From NCBI GenBank assembly GCA_963823035.1, contig CAWGKG010000014.1:480001-544000 (forward strand): a stretch of 64,000 bases of DNA. The letters run 5' to 3'. Position numbers and translations under genes: made by a program. Origin of the DNA: an uncultured Gemmatimonadales bacterium. GTDB taxonomy: Bacteria; Gemmatimonadota; Gemmatimonadetes; Longimicrobiales; Gaopeijiaceae. Of the stretch, positions 1 through 10,057 are shown piece by piece. Numbering within the stretch: position 1 is the first letter of the stretch; each line of letters opens with the position of its first letter. The notes under the pieces are model-generated. The model was not told the DNA's origin. It ran no database searches and saw only the letters and a program-made list of their open reading frames with translations.

Positions 1-13
1 CGCGGCGCGCGCC

Positions 14-1519
14 TTGTCGACACCGGGCGACGTGCTGAGCCTCATCGGCGGCTCGTACAACAACTGGTTCTACGGGAACTACAACTACAACAGCGCGGGG
101 ATGGCGCTGAGCAACGCGGCGTTCCAGCACAACGCGCCGTGGGCGAACGCCGGGATGGAGAAGTACGGGCGTCTACCCCGTATCGCCTTCATCAACAGCA
201 TCAACGACGGCGACTACAACTACATGACCCGGTCGTGGTTCTATTCGTACCGGGCCATCGCCGCCGTGGCGGACGGTCTGAAGTCCCTGGCCGATCCGGA
301 GATCTCCGGCGCGTTGAGCTCCGACGAGATCGGAACGGCGACGGCGTTCGCGCGCTTCGTGCAGGGCATCTCGCACGCCACGATCGCCCTGTTGTTCAGC
401 CAGGGCTTCGTGGTCGACGAGACGACGGACCTGCTCGCCGCCCAGGAGCCGATGCCGTACGATCAGCTCATGGACGTGGCGATGGGCTACTTCGACCAGG
501 CCATCAGCGAGTCGCAGAGCGCCAGCTGGACGCTGCCGACGGAGTGGATGAGGGCCTCCCTCACGGGACCCGAGTTCGCGAAGGTGGTCCACTCCTTCAA
601 GGCGCGCTACATGGCTGCCAGCGCCCGGACCAAGGCGGAGCGTGACGCGCTCCCCTGGGCGCAGATCATGTCGGACATCGACGCCGGCATCACGTCGGAC
701 TTCGTCGCCAACTACGACGACGACACCAACTGGCACTGGGATGCCGGCGCGTACGACACGTACTTCGGCTGGTCCGAGGTTGCGTACTTCGTCTGGGGCA
801 TGGCCGACCAGTCCGGCCGGCTCCAGCAGTGGAACTCGCTGTCGCTCTCGGACAAGAGCTACCAGTTCGGCGACAACGACCCGGTCCTGATCATCACGCC
901 GGATCAGCGCTTCCCGCAGGGGAGCACGGTCGACGAGCAGCGGGCCAGCGAGAGCCCGGACCGCTACATCCGGATCCAGCGCCCCGGCACCGAGACCGGT
1001 TACACGTGGGCTCGGCCGGACCGTGGTACGTGGAGGTGGTCGTGGTACAAGCACAACCGCTTCGAGAACTACTGGGACAACCTCGAGTACGACGTGATCG
1101 AGATCCCGATGGTGGAGATGAACCTCCTGAAGGCCGAGGGGATGTACCACCAGGGCAACCTCGCGGGCGCGGCGGACATCGTGAACCAGACCCGCACCGC
1201 GGCCGGCCTGAACGCCACGGACGCGAGCGGCACGAACACGAGCTGCGTGCCGAAGCTGCCCAACGGCAGCTGCGGGGACCTGTGGGAGATGCTCAAGTGG
1301 GAGAAGCGCGTCGAAGGTTTCGCCAAGGGTCCGTTCGCCGCCCCGTGGTTCTTCGACGGGCGTGGCTGGGGTGACCTGTGGAAGGACACCTGGGTGCAGC
1401 TGCCGATTCCGTGCGGCGAGGCCCAGGTCCTGCAGCTTCTGCCCTGCGAGTCGTTCGGTGGCCCCGGAGGCGAGTGGGGTGCGCCTCTGAGCACCTACCA
1501 GTGGAACGGAGAAGGTTGA
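14..1519 (+). CDS. RagB/SusD-like nutrient-binding outer-membrane protein, probably 5'-truncated by the window edge
   Basis: TPR-like helices (ARFVQGISHATIALLF), SusD C-terminal signature EMNLLKAE...LKWEKRVE...WFFDGRGWG; GC3-rich codons; frame open to window start. Confidence 0.75.
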   Translation: MSTPGDVLSLIGGSYNNWFYGNYNYNSAGMALSNAAFQHNAPWANAGMEKYGRLPRIAFINSINDGDYNYMTRSWFYSYRAIAAVADGLKSLADPEISGALSSDEIGTATAFARFVQGISHATIALLFSQGFVVDETTDLLAAQEPMPYDQLMDVAMGYFDQAISESQSASWTLPTEWMRASLTGPEFAKVVHSFKARYMAASARTKAERDALPWAQIMSDIDAGITSDFVANYDDDTNWHWDAGAYDTYFGWSEVAYFVWGMADQSGRLQQWNSLSLSDKSYQFGDNDPVLIITPDQRFPQGSTVDEQRASESPDRYIRIQRPGTETGYTWARPDRGTWRWSWYKHNRFENYWDNLEYDVIEIPMVEMNLLKAEGMYHQGNLAGAADIVNQTRTAAGLNATDASGTNTSCVPKLPNGSCGDLWEMLKWEKRVEGFAKGPFAAPWFFDGRGWGDLWKDTWVQLPIPCGEAQVLQLLPCESFGGPGGEWGAPLSTYQWNGEG

Positions 1520-1550
1520 TCCGCTACCCAGCGTAGCCACCTCGAACAAC

Positions 1551-1579
1551 GAGGGGGGCGCCCACCGGGCGCCCCCCTC
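1551..1579 (+). terminator. Intrinsic terminator hairpin, possibly bidirectional
   Basis: GAGGGGGGCGCCC-acc-GGGCGCCCCCCTC perfect 13-bp stem followed by ACTTATTCT, between convergent genes. Confidence 0.75.
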
Positions 1580-1607
1580 ACTTATTCTGCTCTGCCGACG
1601 AAGGCAA

Positions 1608-1760
1608 TCAGCGGTGCTGCGCGCCGAATCCCGGATGCGGATTGGTCGGCGGGGTGCTCCCATCGTCTTCCGGCGAGGGAAGCGGAACCGTCGGGCTCGA
1701 GCAAGCGCTGACGACGAGGCTCACGAGAGCCACCGCCAACAGCCAACGCAGATATTTCAT
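1608..1760 (-). CDS. Small (50 aa) lipoprotein
   Basis: MKYLRWLLAVALVSLVVSAC signal/lipobox; GGAGG RBS upstream of ATG at 1760. Confidence 0.6.
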   Translation of the reverse strand: MKYLRWLLAVALVSLVVSACSSPTVPLPSPEDDGSTPPTNPHPGFGAQHR

Positions 1761-1824
1761 ACGACCCTCCTTCGCAATCTCGTAGGTCCTTGTACCAGCT
1801 GGCACGTCCGGCGGTTCCCCGGCC

Positions 1825-2274
1825 TCAGCCGCGCTGGAAGTCCCCACACGCCACGATCTCGCCCTCGGCGCCGGCTTCCATGCGGAACACCCGTGCCGCG
1901 TAGTGCCCCCCCGCATCGAACGTCCCGGGGAGCCCCGCCTCCGCGCTGGCCGTTCCGGATCCGTCAGGGGTCAGCAGGGGATAGAGCGCAGCGCCCCCCT
2001 GGATCTGCCCCGTACCGTCGCACGCGCCCGAATCGATCCGCCATCCATACGTCTCGCCTGCCGTCGCCTTTCGGATCTGGATGGTGGCGGCCGTCCGGCC
2101 CGCCTGGGTCACGGCCCCGGCCGTGCCCGCGACCGCGCTCTCCGACACCGGAGACAACGTCGCTTCCCACACCGCGTTTCCGGGTTCCGTCGAAGAGGCG
2201 CACCCCGCCGATGCGAGGAGCAGGACGAGCGTGGCCGCCCAACCTCGTGTCCCGGTTCGATCTACCCTGTCCAT
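1825..2274 (-). CDS. Lipoprotein with Cu/Zn-SOD-like/CHRD-like fold lacking His ligands
   Basis: Lipobox SAGC; YGWRIDSGAC and C-terminal IVACGD resemble SodC-like proteins. Confidence 0.55.
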   Translation of the reverse strand: MDRVDRTGTRGWAATLVLLLASAGCASSTEPGNAVWEATLSPVSESAVAGTAGAVTQAGRTAATIQIRKATAGETYGWRIDSGACDGTGQIQGGAALYPLLTPDGSGTASAEAGLPGTFDAGGHYAARVFRMEAGAEGEIVACGDFQRG

Positions 2275-2366
2275 TGCCTGGACACTCGCGTGTAAGGGCA
2301 CGAAATTCAAGGCGTACTATCCGCTGGACGTATCCCCCTCCGTTCCTTCGAAATCCGAGTCGGACC

Positions 2367-2993
2367 ATGTTCCGCTCCTCGCCCCTCGCGGGCCTTCTGC
2401 GCGGTACCTTCTGCTGTGCCCTCCTCGCCCTTTCCGGGGCTCCCCTCTCGGCCCAGGGCTACGCGCCCCCACCCCTCCAGCACGCCCAGTTCGGCATCGG
2501 CTACACGGCCAACCTCCCGGACGTCCAGGTGGGCGGCAGCGCCTACGTGCTTCTCCCCCGGTGGGGTGGCATCGGCCTGTACGTGGACGCGAAGTTCGGC
2601 GTCGGCGGCCCGAGCAGCCAGCGGGGCTACGACACGAGCGTTACCGCGACGCAAATCGAGGACAACCTTGGGGGCACGTTCGTCAAAGAGGAGGCGAGCT
2701 GGTGGAGTGCCAATGCCGCGCTCATGCGTCCCCTGTCGCCGTACTTCACCGTGTACCTCGGCGGCGGCGTGGCGCACCAAACCTCCTATCGGCTGTATAA
2801 CGTGGACAGGACGTTGGACGTCGGCGTCGGCGGCTTGGTGTGGGCGAGGGACACCCGAGGCGACGCATACCGGCCGAACGTCATGCTGGGGATGATCACC
2901 CGCCTGACGGCGCGCGTGAGCGCGCACTTCGGGTACGAGACCGAGCCGGACGGCGTCACGGCCGGACTGAGCTTGAGACTTCCGCGTTGGTGA
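2367..2993 (+). CDS. Secreted small outer-membrane beta-barrel protein
   Basis: Signal peptide ending LSA-Q; alternating amphipathic strands (FTVYLGGGVA, VSAHFGY, VTAGLSLRL). Confidence 0.65.
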   Translation: MFRSSPLAGLLRGTFCCALLALSGAPLSAQGYAPPPLQHAQFGIGYTANLPDVQVGGSAYVLLPRWGGIGLYVDAKFGVGGPSSQRGYDTSVTATQIEDNLGGTFVKEEASWWSANAALMRPLSPYFTVYLGGGVAHQTSYRLYNVDRTLDVGVGGLVWARDTRGDAYRPNVMLGMITRLTARVSAHFGYETEPDGVTAGLSLRLPRW

Positions 2994-3020
2994 GCGCGGA
3001 TCGCTGAGAGGAGTGGAACC

Positions 3021-3437
3021 ATGAAGACGATGCGTGAGCGGAGGGGCCTGGTGGTCCTCCTCGCGGCAGGGATGCTGTGGGGATGCGCCAGCACGAAGTC
3101 GGCGAAGCAGACGGTGAACCCGAACATCATCACGCGCGAAGAGATCCTGGCGAGCAACGCCAACAACCTCCACGACGTGGTGTCGCGGCTGCGGCCTCAG
3201 TGGCTGCGTACGCCTGCGGCGACGAGCTTCAACATGAACACCGTCATCATGGTCTTTCAGGACCAGATGAACCTCGGGGGACCGGACGCCCTGCGGCAGC
3301 TGGGCCCTGAGCTGGCCTACGAGTTGCGGTACATGGACGGTGTGCGCGCATCCGCGATCCTGCCGGGCATCACGAACGGCCAGCACGTCGAAGGCGTGAT
3401 CATCGTGTCGACGAAGCCGCCGTCGGGCGGCCACTGA
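3021..3437 (+). CDS. Lipoprotein with stand-alone TonB-receptor plug-like domain
   Basis: Lipobox LWGC; NIITREEI...NLHDVVSRLRP...GVIIVSTK plug-like motifs; RBS GAGGAG. Confidence 0.7.
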   Translation: MKTMRERRGLVVLLAAGMLWGCASTKSAKQTVNPNIITREEILASNANNLHDVVSRLRPQWLRTPAATSFNMNTVIMVFQDQMNLGGPDALRQLGPELAYELRYMDGVRASAILPGITNGQHVEGVIIVSTKPPSGGH

Positions 3438-3468
3438 TCGGACCGACCCGTGGATCGGCCGGCGCCCC

Positions 3469-4290
3469 TCAAGCGGGTGGCTGCCGGCCGACCCTCCCGC
3501 CCCGCCGGGTCCAGATCGCGATGACGCCGCACTTGGCGTCCTGGCTCATGAACTCCGCCGGCACGCTGCTCAGCCCCTTGTAGACCTCGATCCCCTCGAT
3601 GGAGACGGGGGAGACGGCGTCGTCGAGGCGGAAGTCCTGCGATGGACCCGCCCCACCGATCGTGCGCCGGTTCAGCAGGAAGCCGTCGATCCAGATCTGC
3701 GTGGGGCAACCCAGGTTGTTGTTCGCGGTTGCGCGACCGCTCACCTGGACGACCGGGCGCAGCCCGCTTCCCGAACCGGTCACCGTGAGGCCCGGCACGT
3801 CCCGTAGCAGATCCGTGGTGTACATCGGGCGGCGCGCCTCCACGTCGGCGCGCGTGATGTAGAAGCCGTTCCCCGTCTCGACCCGTGTCTTGAAGTTCTC
3901 GAGGAAGGGGCTCGGCTCGACCTTCGACCAGGCCACCACCTCGAGCGGAGCCAGGAGGATGGCGTCCGGATCCAGCCGCACCTCGAGCTGGAAGAAGCCG
4001 TGGCCGTCGAAGTGCAGGACCGGCGTGGTGTTGGTCTTGTAGCTGAGCCTGCGCACCTGCAGGCGGACGGCGGAGACCTTCCCCTTCACCTCGAAGGCGA
4101 ACTCCCCGACCTCGTCGGTCTCGGTGCGCTGCAGGACGCGGCCGTCGTGGGTGGTGAGCGTGACCTGCGCGTCTCCGAGCGGCCGTTCCGAGCCGTCGTC
4201 GACGACCCGGCCGACGAGCCGCACCTGGGCCGCGGCAGGCGCCGCGAGCAGCAGGGTCAGAACGAGCGGAGTTGTGAGCCGCGTGCGCAT
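3469..4290 (-). CDS. Secreted carboxypeptidase-regulatory-like (CarboxypepD_reg) + TonB plug domain protein, no barrel
   Basis: GRVVDDGSERPLGDAQV; YITRADV...DLLRDVPG...IEGIEVYKG...CGVIAIWTR. Confidence 0.75.
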   Translation of the reverse strand: MRTRLTTPLVLTLLLAAPAAAQVRLVGRVVDDGSERPLGDAQVTLTTHDGRVLQRTETDEVGEFAFEVKGKVSAVRLQVRRLSYKTNTTPVLHFDGHGFFQLEVRLDPDAILLAPLEVVAWSKVEPSPFLENFKTRVETGNGFYITRADVEARRPMYTTDLLRDVPGLTVTGSGSGLRPVVQVSGRATANNNLGCPTQIWIDGFLLNRRTIGGAGPSQDFRLDDAVSPVSIEGIEVYKGLSSVPAEFMSQDAKCGVIAIWTRRGGRVGRQPPA

Positions 4291-4517
4291 GCCGATTCGC
4301 CGACTGGAGTCACTCCCACGAGTCTACCCGGATCGCACGGAGCGGGTTTCGCGCGCCCCGTGTCCTGCTCTGGATACGAGGGATCCGCGCACCTGTTACC
4401 ATGGGTTCGCGTTGTCGCGAAGCCACGACCCCGGTTATCGTTTCCGTTGCTCCGTTCGCCCCTCCGGCGCCGTGCCGCCGGCCGGGATTCCCCCTCCTCC
4501 AGGAAAGATTGGAGCCC

Positions 4518-6686
4518 ATGGCAGGGGACCGCCAGAGCGATCCTCACAGCGCCGTGCGGGTCGCCTTCAAGGTCGCCGTGGCGTCGGTGGCGGCGCTGTC
4601 CCTCCTGCCCGTGGCCGATTGGATCCCGGGGGAGCCGGGAACGAACATCCCCCCGCCCATCTGGCCGATGTACCTCCTCTGGGCTCTCGGCCTCGGCGTG
4701 ATGGCCGCCGTGGCGTGGGTCGCGGCGAGGCTGCTCCCCGGCGGACGGAGGAGCCGCGCCGAAGCTGCCGCCGGGCGGGCGGGCCGGCGCAGGCAGGCAC
4801 GCGCGGAGCCCGACGACGCCCCTGCCGGACCTTCTCATCGGGCCGGGATCTTCGACCGGGGATGGGTGCCGCTCCTCCTCCTTCTGGTGGTTCCCACGCT
4901 GCTGTACGCCCGCGTGACCTGGCTCGTGTTCGACGGCCGTCCCCTGCACATCGACGGCATGACCCAGGCGCTCCAGGGGCACGTCTTCGCGAGCGGACGC
5001 CTGAGCGTACCGGTGGCGAGCGATCCTCGGTTCTTCTCCTCCTCCCTGATGGTGGAGCACGCCGGACGCGCCTTCTCCCAGTTTCCCCCGGGCTTCGCCG
5101 CCCTCCTCGCGCTGGGCTACCTGATGGGCGCAGGCTGGCTGATCCCCCCACTGTGCGGCGGGCTGGCCGTGTACGGCCTCTACAGGCTCCTGCGCGCGAA
5201 CGGGGAGGCCGGTCGTACGTCCTTCTTCATCGCCGCCCTCTTCGCGCTCGGACCGTGGTTCGCCATCAACGCGGCGTCGTGGATGAGCCACGTGCCCACG
5301 GTGACGTTCATCCTTCTCGGGTCGGTGGCGCTGGTGCGGGCGATGGACCCCGAGCGGGCGTCCTGGCCCCACGGCGCCCTGGCCGGCGCCGCGCTGGGCT
5401 TCGCCGTGATGATCCGCCCCCTGGAGGGCGTCGCTTTCGGCCTGCCCGCGACCGTGTGGGTGGCCGCCCGCGCCTGGCGCATACCGAACGTCCGGCGCGC
5501 GCTGGCGGGCTTCGCGGCGGGAGGGCTCCTCGCGGCGATCCTGCTGATGGCCTACAACCAGGTCCAGCAGGGGAGCCCGACGCTCTTCGGCTTCGAGCTG
5601 CAGTGGGGCCCCGAGCACGGACTCGGCTTCCACGAGGCACCGTGGGGACCGCCCCACACGCTGGTGCGCGGCATCGAGCTCATGAACGGGTACCTCCTCG
5701 GCCTGCAGCTGCTCTACTTCGACGCGCCGGCTCCCTCCGTCGTGCTCGCGCTGGCCGCGCTCCTCCTCGTGCGGCGCCTCGACGGCCTCGACCGCTACCT
5801 CCTGTCCGGGTGCGCGCTGGTCCTGCTGGGCTACATCTCGTTCTGGGGTGAGGGCCACGACCTGGGGCCGCGCTACCTTCTCCCCCTGGCGCCGATCGTG
5901 GCGATCTGGACGGTCCGCTTCGGGGCGGTCCTCGCCGACCGCACGGGGCGGGAGGCCACGCGCCGGTGGGGTGCCATCCTGGTCGGCCTGATCCTCGCGA
6001 GCGGTTGGGTCTTCGGGACGCCCACCCGGTGGTTCGTGTACAGCCGGAGCGATCCGCTCCGGCGCGTCGACGTGGGCGTGCTCACCACCCCCCGGGCGCG
6101 CGACGCCGTGGTGTTCGTCCCGTCGCCCTGGTCCATCCAGGTCCAGGCGCGCCTGCGCGCCACCGGGATGCCCCGGCAGCAGGCGGAGTGGTTCTACTAC
6201 CATGTGGGGTTGTGCAAGTTGGACGTGGCGCTCGGCCAGCTCGAAGGCCGCGGCGTGACCCAGCCGGACTCGGTGGTGGCCGCACTGCGGCCGCTCGCAG
6301 CGGATTCGACCTCGATGGTCATCGACCGACTCGCGGGGACGCCGGGCGATCCCTACACAGGGCTGGACCCGAACGCGCACGCGGCACGCACGCTCTGTGA
6401 GCTTCGTCAGTCGCTCGAGCGGGCACAGGGGGGCTACATGCTCCTTCCCTTCGCCGCACGGCTCGGCCCCACCTGGACGGGCGACGGCGCGATCGTCGCG
6501 CACGACCTCCACGAGGAGGATCGGCGGCTCATGGCGGAGTACCCCGACCGGGACGTCTTCTTCCTGAAGGCGGTCCGCATCCGCGGGCGTGTGCGCGAGT
6601 TCGCGTTGGAGCCCCTGGACCCGGACTCCGTGGCGCGGGTGTGGGGGAGGTTCGAGGCGTTGCAGAAGGAGGCGTCCGTCTTCTGA
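4518..6686 (+). CDS. Polytopic GT-C (ArnT/PMT-like) glycosyltransferase
   Basis: Many TM helices; HIDG acidic motif in first loop, SQFPPG, IRP, GPRYLLP motifs. Confidence 0.65.
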   Translation: MAGDRQSDPHSAVRVAFKVAVASVAALSLLPVADWIPGEPGTNIPPPIWPMYLLWALGLGVMAAVAWVAARLLPGGRRSRAEAAAGRAGRRRQARAEPDDAPAGPSHRAGIFDRGWVPLLLLLVVPTLLYARVTWLVFDGRPLHIDGMTQALQGHVFASGRLSVPVASDPRFFSSSLMVEHAGRAFSQFPPGFAALLALGYLMGAGWLIPPLCGGLAVYGLYRLLRANGEAGRTSFFIAALFALGPWFAINAASWMSHVPTVTFILLGSVALVRAMDPERASWPHGALAGAALGFAVMIRPLEGVAFGLPATVWVAARAWRIPNVRRALAGFAAGGLLAAILLMAYNQVQQGSPTLFGFELQWGPEHGLGFHEAPWGPPHTLVRGIELMNGYLLGLQLLYFDAPAPSVVLALAALLLVRRLDGLDRYLLSGCALVLLGYISFWGEGHDLGPRYLLPLAPIVAIWTVRFGAVLADRTGREATRRWGAILVGLILASGWVFGTPTRWFVYSRSDPLRRVDVGVLTTPRARDAVVFVPSPWSIQVQARLRATGMPRQQAEWFYYHVGLCKLDVALGQLEGRGVTQPDSVVAALRPLAADSTSMVIDRLAGTPGDPYTGLDPNAHAARTLCELRQSLERAQGGYMLLPFAARLGPTWTGDGAIVAHDLHEEDRRLMAEYPDRDVFFLKAVRIRGRVREFALEPLDPDSVARVWGRFEALQKEASVF

Positions 6687-6714
6687 CGCGGGGCGCGGCC
6701 CCCTTCGGCGCTTC

Positions 6715-8142
6715 TCAGTCCTCGACGACGTGCTTCTCGAACGACGCCCGGTACCCGGCCCACCGCGCGGCGTCGAAGGCACCGTCGTCTCCGAGACAGT
6801 CCACGGCGGCCTTCGCCATTGCGAGGGCGTGGTGGGTGTTGTCGTGCGCGTACAGGCCCTGGCGCCCGAAGGTCAGCACGCCCGGGAGCGCCGAGAGCCA
6901 TGCGTCGAGCACGTCGAAGCGGCGCTCCCACCCGATCCGGTAGAGCGGATAGGCCGAGGGCAGGCGGCGCACGACCACGTCCAGGACTTCGGCGCGCAGC
7001 GGGATCCCCGCCCGCTCCAGACCGTCGCGCACGACGCGCCCGAGGGTCTTCGCGTCCGTGGACCAGGCGGGATCTTCCGTCGCGCAGGGGATCTCGGCGC
7101 AGAGGACCGTCCGACCCACCGGGTCGTTCCGGCCGGCGTAGTTCTTCGGCTCGGAGAGCCGCGTCATCGGGACGTCGAGCGAGGGGAAGTAGTGCGCGTC
7201 GAATTCGGTGAAGCGATCCTGAGCCACCACGAGATAGACGAGGAGCATCGCCCGCTGCGCCAGGTCTCCCGCGGCCTCCAGGACCTCCGGCGGCGCGGGC
7301 GGATCGACCATGCGCGCCAGCAGCCCGAGCGGGATCGTGGACCACACGCGGTCGGCCACGAGGCCCCGTCGGCCGTCCGGGCCCACGACCTCCACGTTCA
7401 TCGCCGCCCCCTCCGGTCTCGACACCCGCTCCACGCGCGTCTCGAGGAGGATCTCCGCGCCGGCCCTCGCGGCCGCTTCCGCGAGGGCGGTCGAGATCTG
7501 TCCGTAGCCCCCACGCGGATAGAAGAAGGTGCCGCGACCGGAACGCCCTCCCCCGCCCTTCCCGCCCGGGACGAGGCGGCGGACGAGCTTCGAGAGGGAG
7601 CCGGCCGCCACGCGCTTCCGCGCCTGCGCCGGGGAGATCTCCTCGGGCTCGAGGCCCCAGATCTTGCGCGCGTACGGGAAGTAGAAGTCGCGACAGATGG
7701 TGGGGCCGAGCCCGCTCAGGAGCACCGAGGCGAAGGTGTCGCCCTCGTTCACGTCGCTTCCCGCCACGAGCTTGCGGGCGGCGTCGAGCGCCACGCCCGC
7801 CACGAACGAGGGCGGCGCGTGCAGTGCCAGGTCCAGCGGCCGGAGCGGGAAGTGGATCCAACGCCCGCCCAGGAGGATGCGCCCGTGGCGAGGGCGCTCG
7901 AGCAGGTCGCGACCGAGGAGCGAGCGCAACTCGTCGAGGATCTCCGGGTCCGTCGCGGGATGCAGTCGATGGCTCCCGTAGTCCACGTCGAGCCCGCCCA
8001 GCCGGAAGCTGCCCGCGTTCCCCCCGACCGCCGGGCGCGCCTCGACCACCGTCGGGGCGAAGCCCCGTCGCGCGAGCCAGAGCGCGGCACCCACCCCGGC
8101 GGGGCCACCGCCGAGGACCACGATCCGGGCGCCGGCGCTCAC
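6715..8142 (-). CDS. FAD-dependent oxidoreductase (protoporphyrinogen oxidase/UDP-galactopyranose mutase-like)
   Basis: GGGPAG dinucleotide motif, VGGNAGS, DYGSHR, YP.GGYG, AYP.Y, GRQG. Confidence 0.8.
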   Translation of the reverse strand: MSAGARIVVLGGGPAGVGAALWLARRGFAPTVVEARPAVGGNAGSFRLGGLDVDYGSHRLHPATDPEILDELRSLLGRDLLERPRHGRILLGGRWIHFPLRPLDLALHAPPSFVAGVALDAARKLVAGSDVNEGDTFASVLLSGLGPTICRDFYFPYARKIWGLEPEEISPAQARKRVAAGSLSKLVRRLVPGGKGGGGRSGRGTFFYPRGGYGQISTALAEAAARAGAEILLETRVERVSRPEGAAMNVEVVGPDGRRGLVADRVWSTIPLGLLARMVDPPAPPEVLEAAGDLAQRAMLLVYLVVAQDRFTEFDAHYFPSLDVPMTRLSEPKNYAGRNDPVGRTVLCAEIPCATEDPAWSTDAKTLGRVVRDGLERAGIPLRAEVLDVVVRRLPSAYPLYRIGWERRFDVLDAWLSALPGVLTFGRQGLYAHDNTHHALAMAKAAVDCLGDDGAFDAARWAGYRASFEKHVVED

Positions 8143-8149
8143 GGGTCCC

Positions 8150-10048
8150 TCACGGCAGGTACAGCGCGTGCCACATCATGAAGTTGAGCAACGCCCACAG
8201 CGCGCGGCCGTGGTCGTGGCGGAGCTCCAGGTGCTCCTCGACGAGCGCGCCGACCGCCTCGGGGCGGAAGAGCCCGGCGGCGCGCACGCGCTCCGCGCCG
8301 CAGTAGTCGAGGAGAACGTCCTTCAGCTCACCGGTGAGCCAGCGGGAGTAGGGCATCTCGAGGCCGACCTTCTTCCGCCGCAGGATCTCCCCCGGGAGGA
8401 GACCCTCGAGCGCGGCCTTCATGACGTGCTTCTTGTCCATCGCCGGGAGCTTGATGCGTGCCGGCACACGGGCCATGAACTCCGTCAGCTCCGGGTCCGT
8501 GAACGGCACGCGCGCCTCGAGCGAGTGGGCCATCGTCATCCGGTCGTTCTTCACCATGAGATCGTCCGGGAGGAAGACGGACGAGTCCACGTGCAGGATC
8601 CTGTCCAGCGGGTCGGCCGCGCGGGATCGGGCGTACACCTCGCGGAACCAGCGCGCCGGAGGCTCTGCGTCGAGCGCCTCGAGCACGCCGGGCGTGTAGA
8701 GCGCCCGCTTGCGCGCGTCGGTCAGGACGATGCGCCACCACAGGTGGGCGTCCGCGGGCGGGAGGTCGAGGCCGCCCAGGAAGCGCTTCATCCGGAACTC
8801 GAGGCTCAGCTTGGCGTGCGACACGGGGAGGTGGCGAACGAGCGGACCCACCACGCTCTCGCGCACGATGCGGGGCACGATGCGGGCCAGCCGCGCCGCC
8901 TGGAAGGCCGCGTGCGTCTCGTAGCCGGCGAAGGCCTCGTCGCCTCCCTCCCCCGAGAGGAGCACGACCACGTCCTCCTTCGCGAGCCCGCTCACGTACC
9001 ACGTGGGGATCGCGGAGCCGTCCGCGTACGGCTCGTCGATCCAGCGCAGGTAGTCGGGGAGCATCTCGCGCACCCGCCCGGCCGTGACCACCACCTCGCG
9101 GTGCTCGGTGCCGAAGGCGCGCGCGACCGTCCGCGCCGCCGGCCGCTCGTCGAACGTCGGGTCCTCGAAGCCGACCGCATACGTCTGGATCGGCCCCGAC
9201 ACGTGGCCGTGCATGAGCGCGACCAGCGCGCTCGAGTCCATCCCGCCGGAGAGGAGCACGCCGATGGGCACGTCCGCCACCAACCTGCGACGCACGGCCT
9301 CGTCCATGAGCTCGCGCGCCCGTGCCACGACCGCCGCCTCGCCGAGGTCGGTCTCTTCGCCGAAGGGGAGGTCCCAGTAGCGCTCCACGGTGGTCGAGCC
9401 GTCCGCGGCGACGCGCATCCTGTGCGCGGGCGGAAGCTCGTGGATGCCCGCGAAGGCGGTCTGCGACCCGGGGACGTAGCCGAGCGTCAGGTAGTCGTGC
9501 ATCGCCTGCAGCGACACCTCGCGGGATACGCGCGCGTCGGCGAGGACGGCCTTGATCTCGGACGCGAAGCGGAAGTGATCGTCGTCGCGCTGCCAGAAGA
9601 GCGGCTTGATGCCGTAGCGGTCGCGCAGGAGGTGGAGCGCCCGTTCGCGGCCGTCCCAGATGGCGATGGCGAACATCCCGTTCAGCTCGTGCACCATGTC
9701 GGCGCCGAGCTTCTCGTACAGGTGCAGCAGCACCTCGGTGTCCGTACGGGAGCGGAAGGTATGGCGACCCTTCAGGTCGTGCCGGTCGGCGAGCTCACGG
9801 AAGTTGTAGACCTCCCCGTTGTAGGCGATCAGGACCGTGCCGTCCTCGTTGGCCATGGGCTGATGCCCGGCCGGCGAAAGGTCGATCACGGAGAGCCTGC
9901 GCACGCCCAACGCCACCCGGTCGTCGTACCAGGTGCCCCGGTCGTCCGGTCCGCGGTGGGCGAGCGTGTCGGTCATGCGGTCGAGCAGCCCTCCCCCCGG
10001 GTCGAGAGGGGCGGAGGACAGCCGCATCACGCCGCAGATGCCGCACAC
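8150..10048 (-). CDS. asnB: Asparagine synthase (glutamine-hydrolysing)-family amidotransferase
   Basis: N-terminal MCGICG, HRGPD, NGEVYN, LSGGMDSS, SGEGGDE, EARVPF. Confidence 0.92.
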   Translation of the reverse strand: MCGICGVMRLSSAPLDPGGGLLDRMTDTLAHRGPDDRGTWYDDRVALGVRRLSVIDLSPAGHQPMANEDGTVLIAYNGEVYNFRELADRHDLKGRHTFRSRTDTEVLLHLYEKLGADMVHELNGMFAIAIWDGRERALHLLRDRYGIKPLFWQRDDDHFRFASEIKAVLADARVSREVSLQAMHDYLTLGYVPGSQTAFAGIHELPPAHRMRVAADGSTTVERYWDLPFGEETDLGEAAVVARARELMDEAVRRRLVADVPIGVLLSGGMDSSALVALMHGHVSGPIQTYAVGFEDPTFDERPAARTVARAFGTEHREVVVTAGRVREMLPDYLRWIDEPYADGSAIPTWYVSGLAKEDVVVLLSGEGGDEAFAGYETHAAFQAARLARIVPRIVRESVVGPLVRHLPVSHAKLSLEFRMKRFLGGLDLPPADAHLWWRIVLTDARKRALYTPGVLEALDAEPPARWFREVYARSRAADPLDRILHVDSSVFLPDDLMVKNDRMTMAHSLEARVPFTDPELTEFMARVPARIKLPAMDKKHVMKAALEGLLPGEILRRKKVGLEMPYSRWLTGELKDVLLDYCGAERVRAAGLFRPEAVGALVEEHLELRHDHGRALWALLNFMMWHALYLP

Positions 10049-10057
10049 GTGCCGGCG

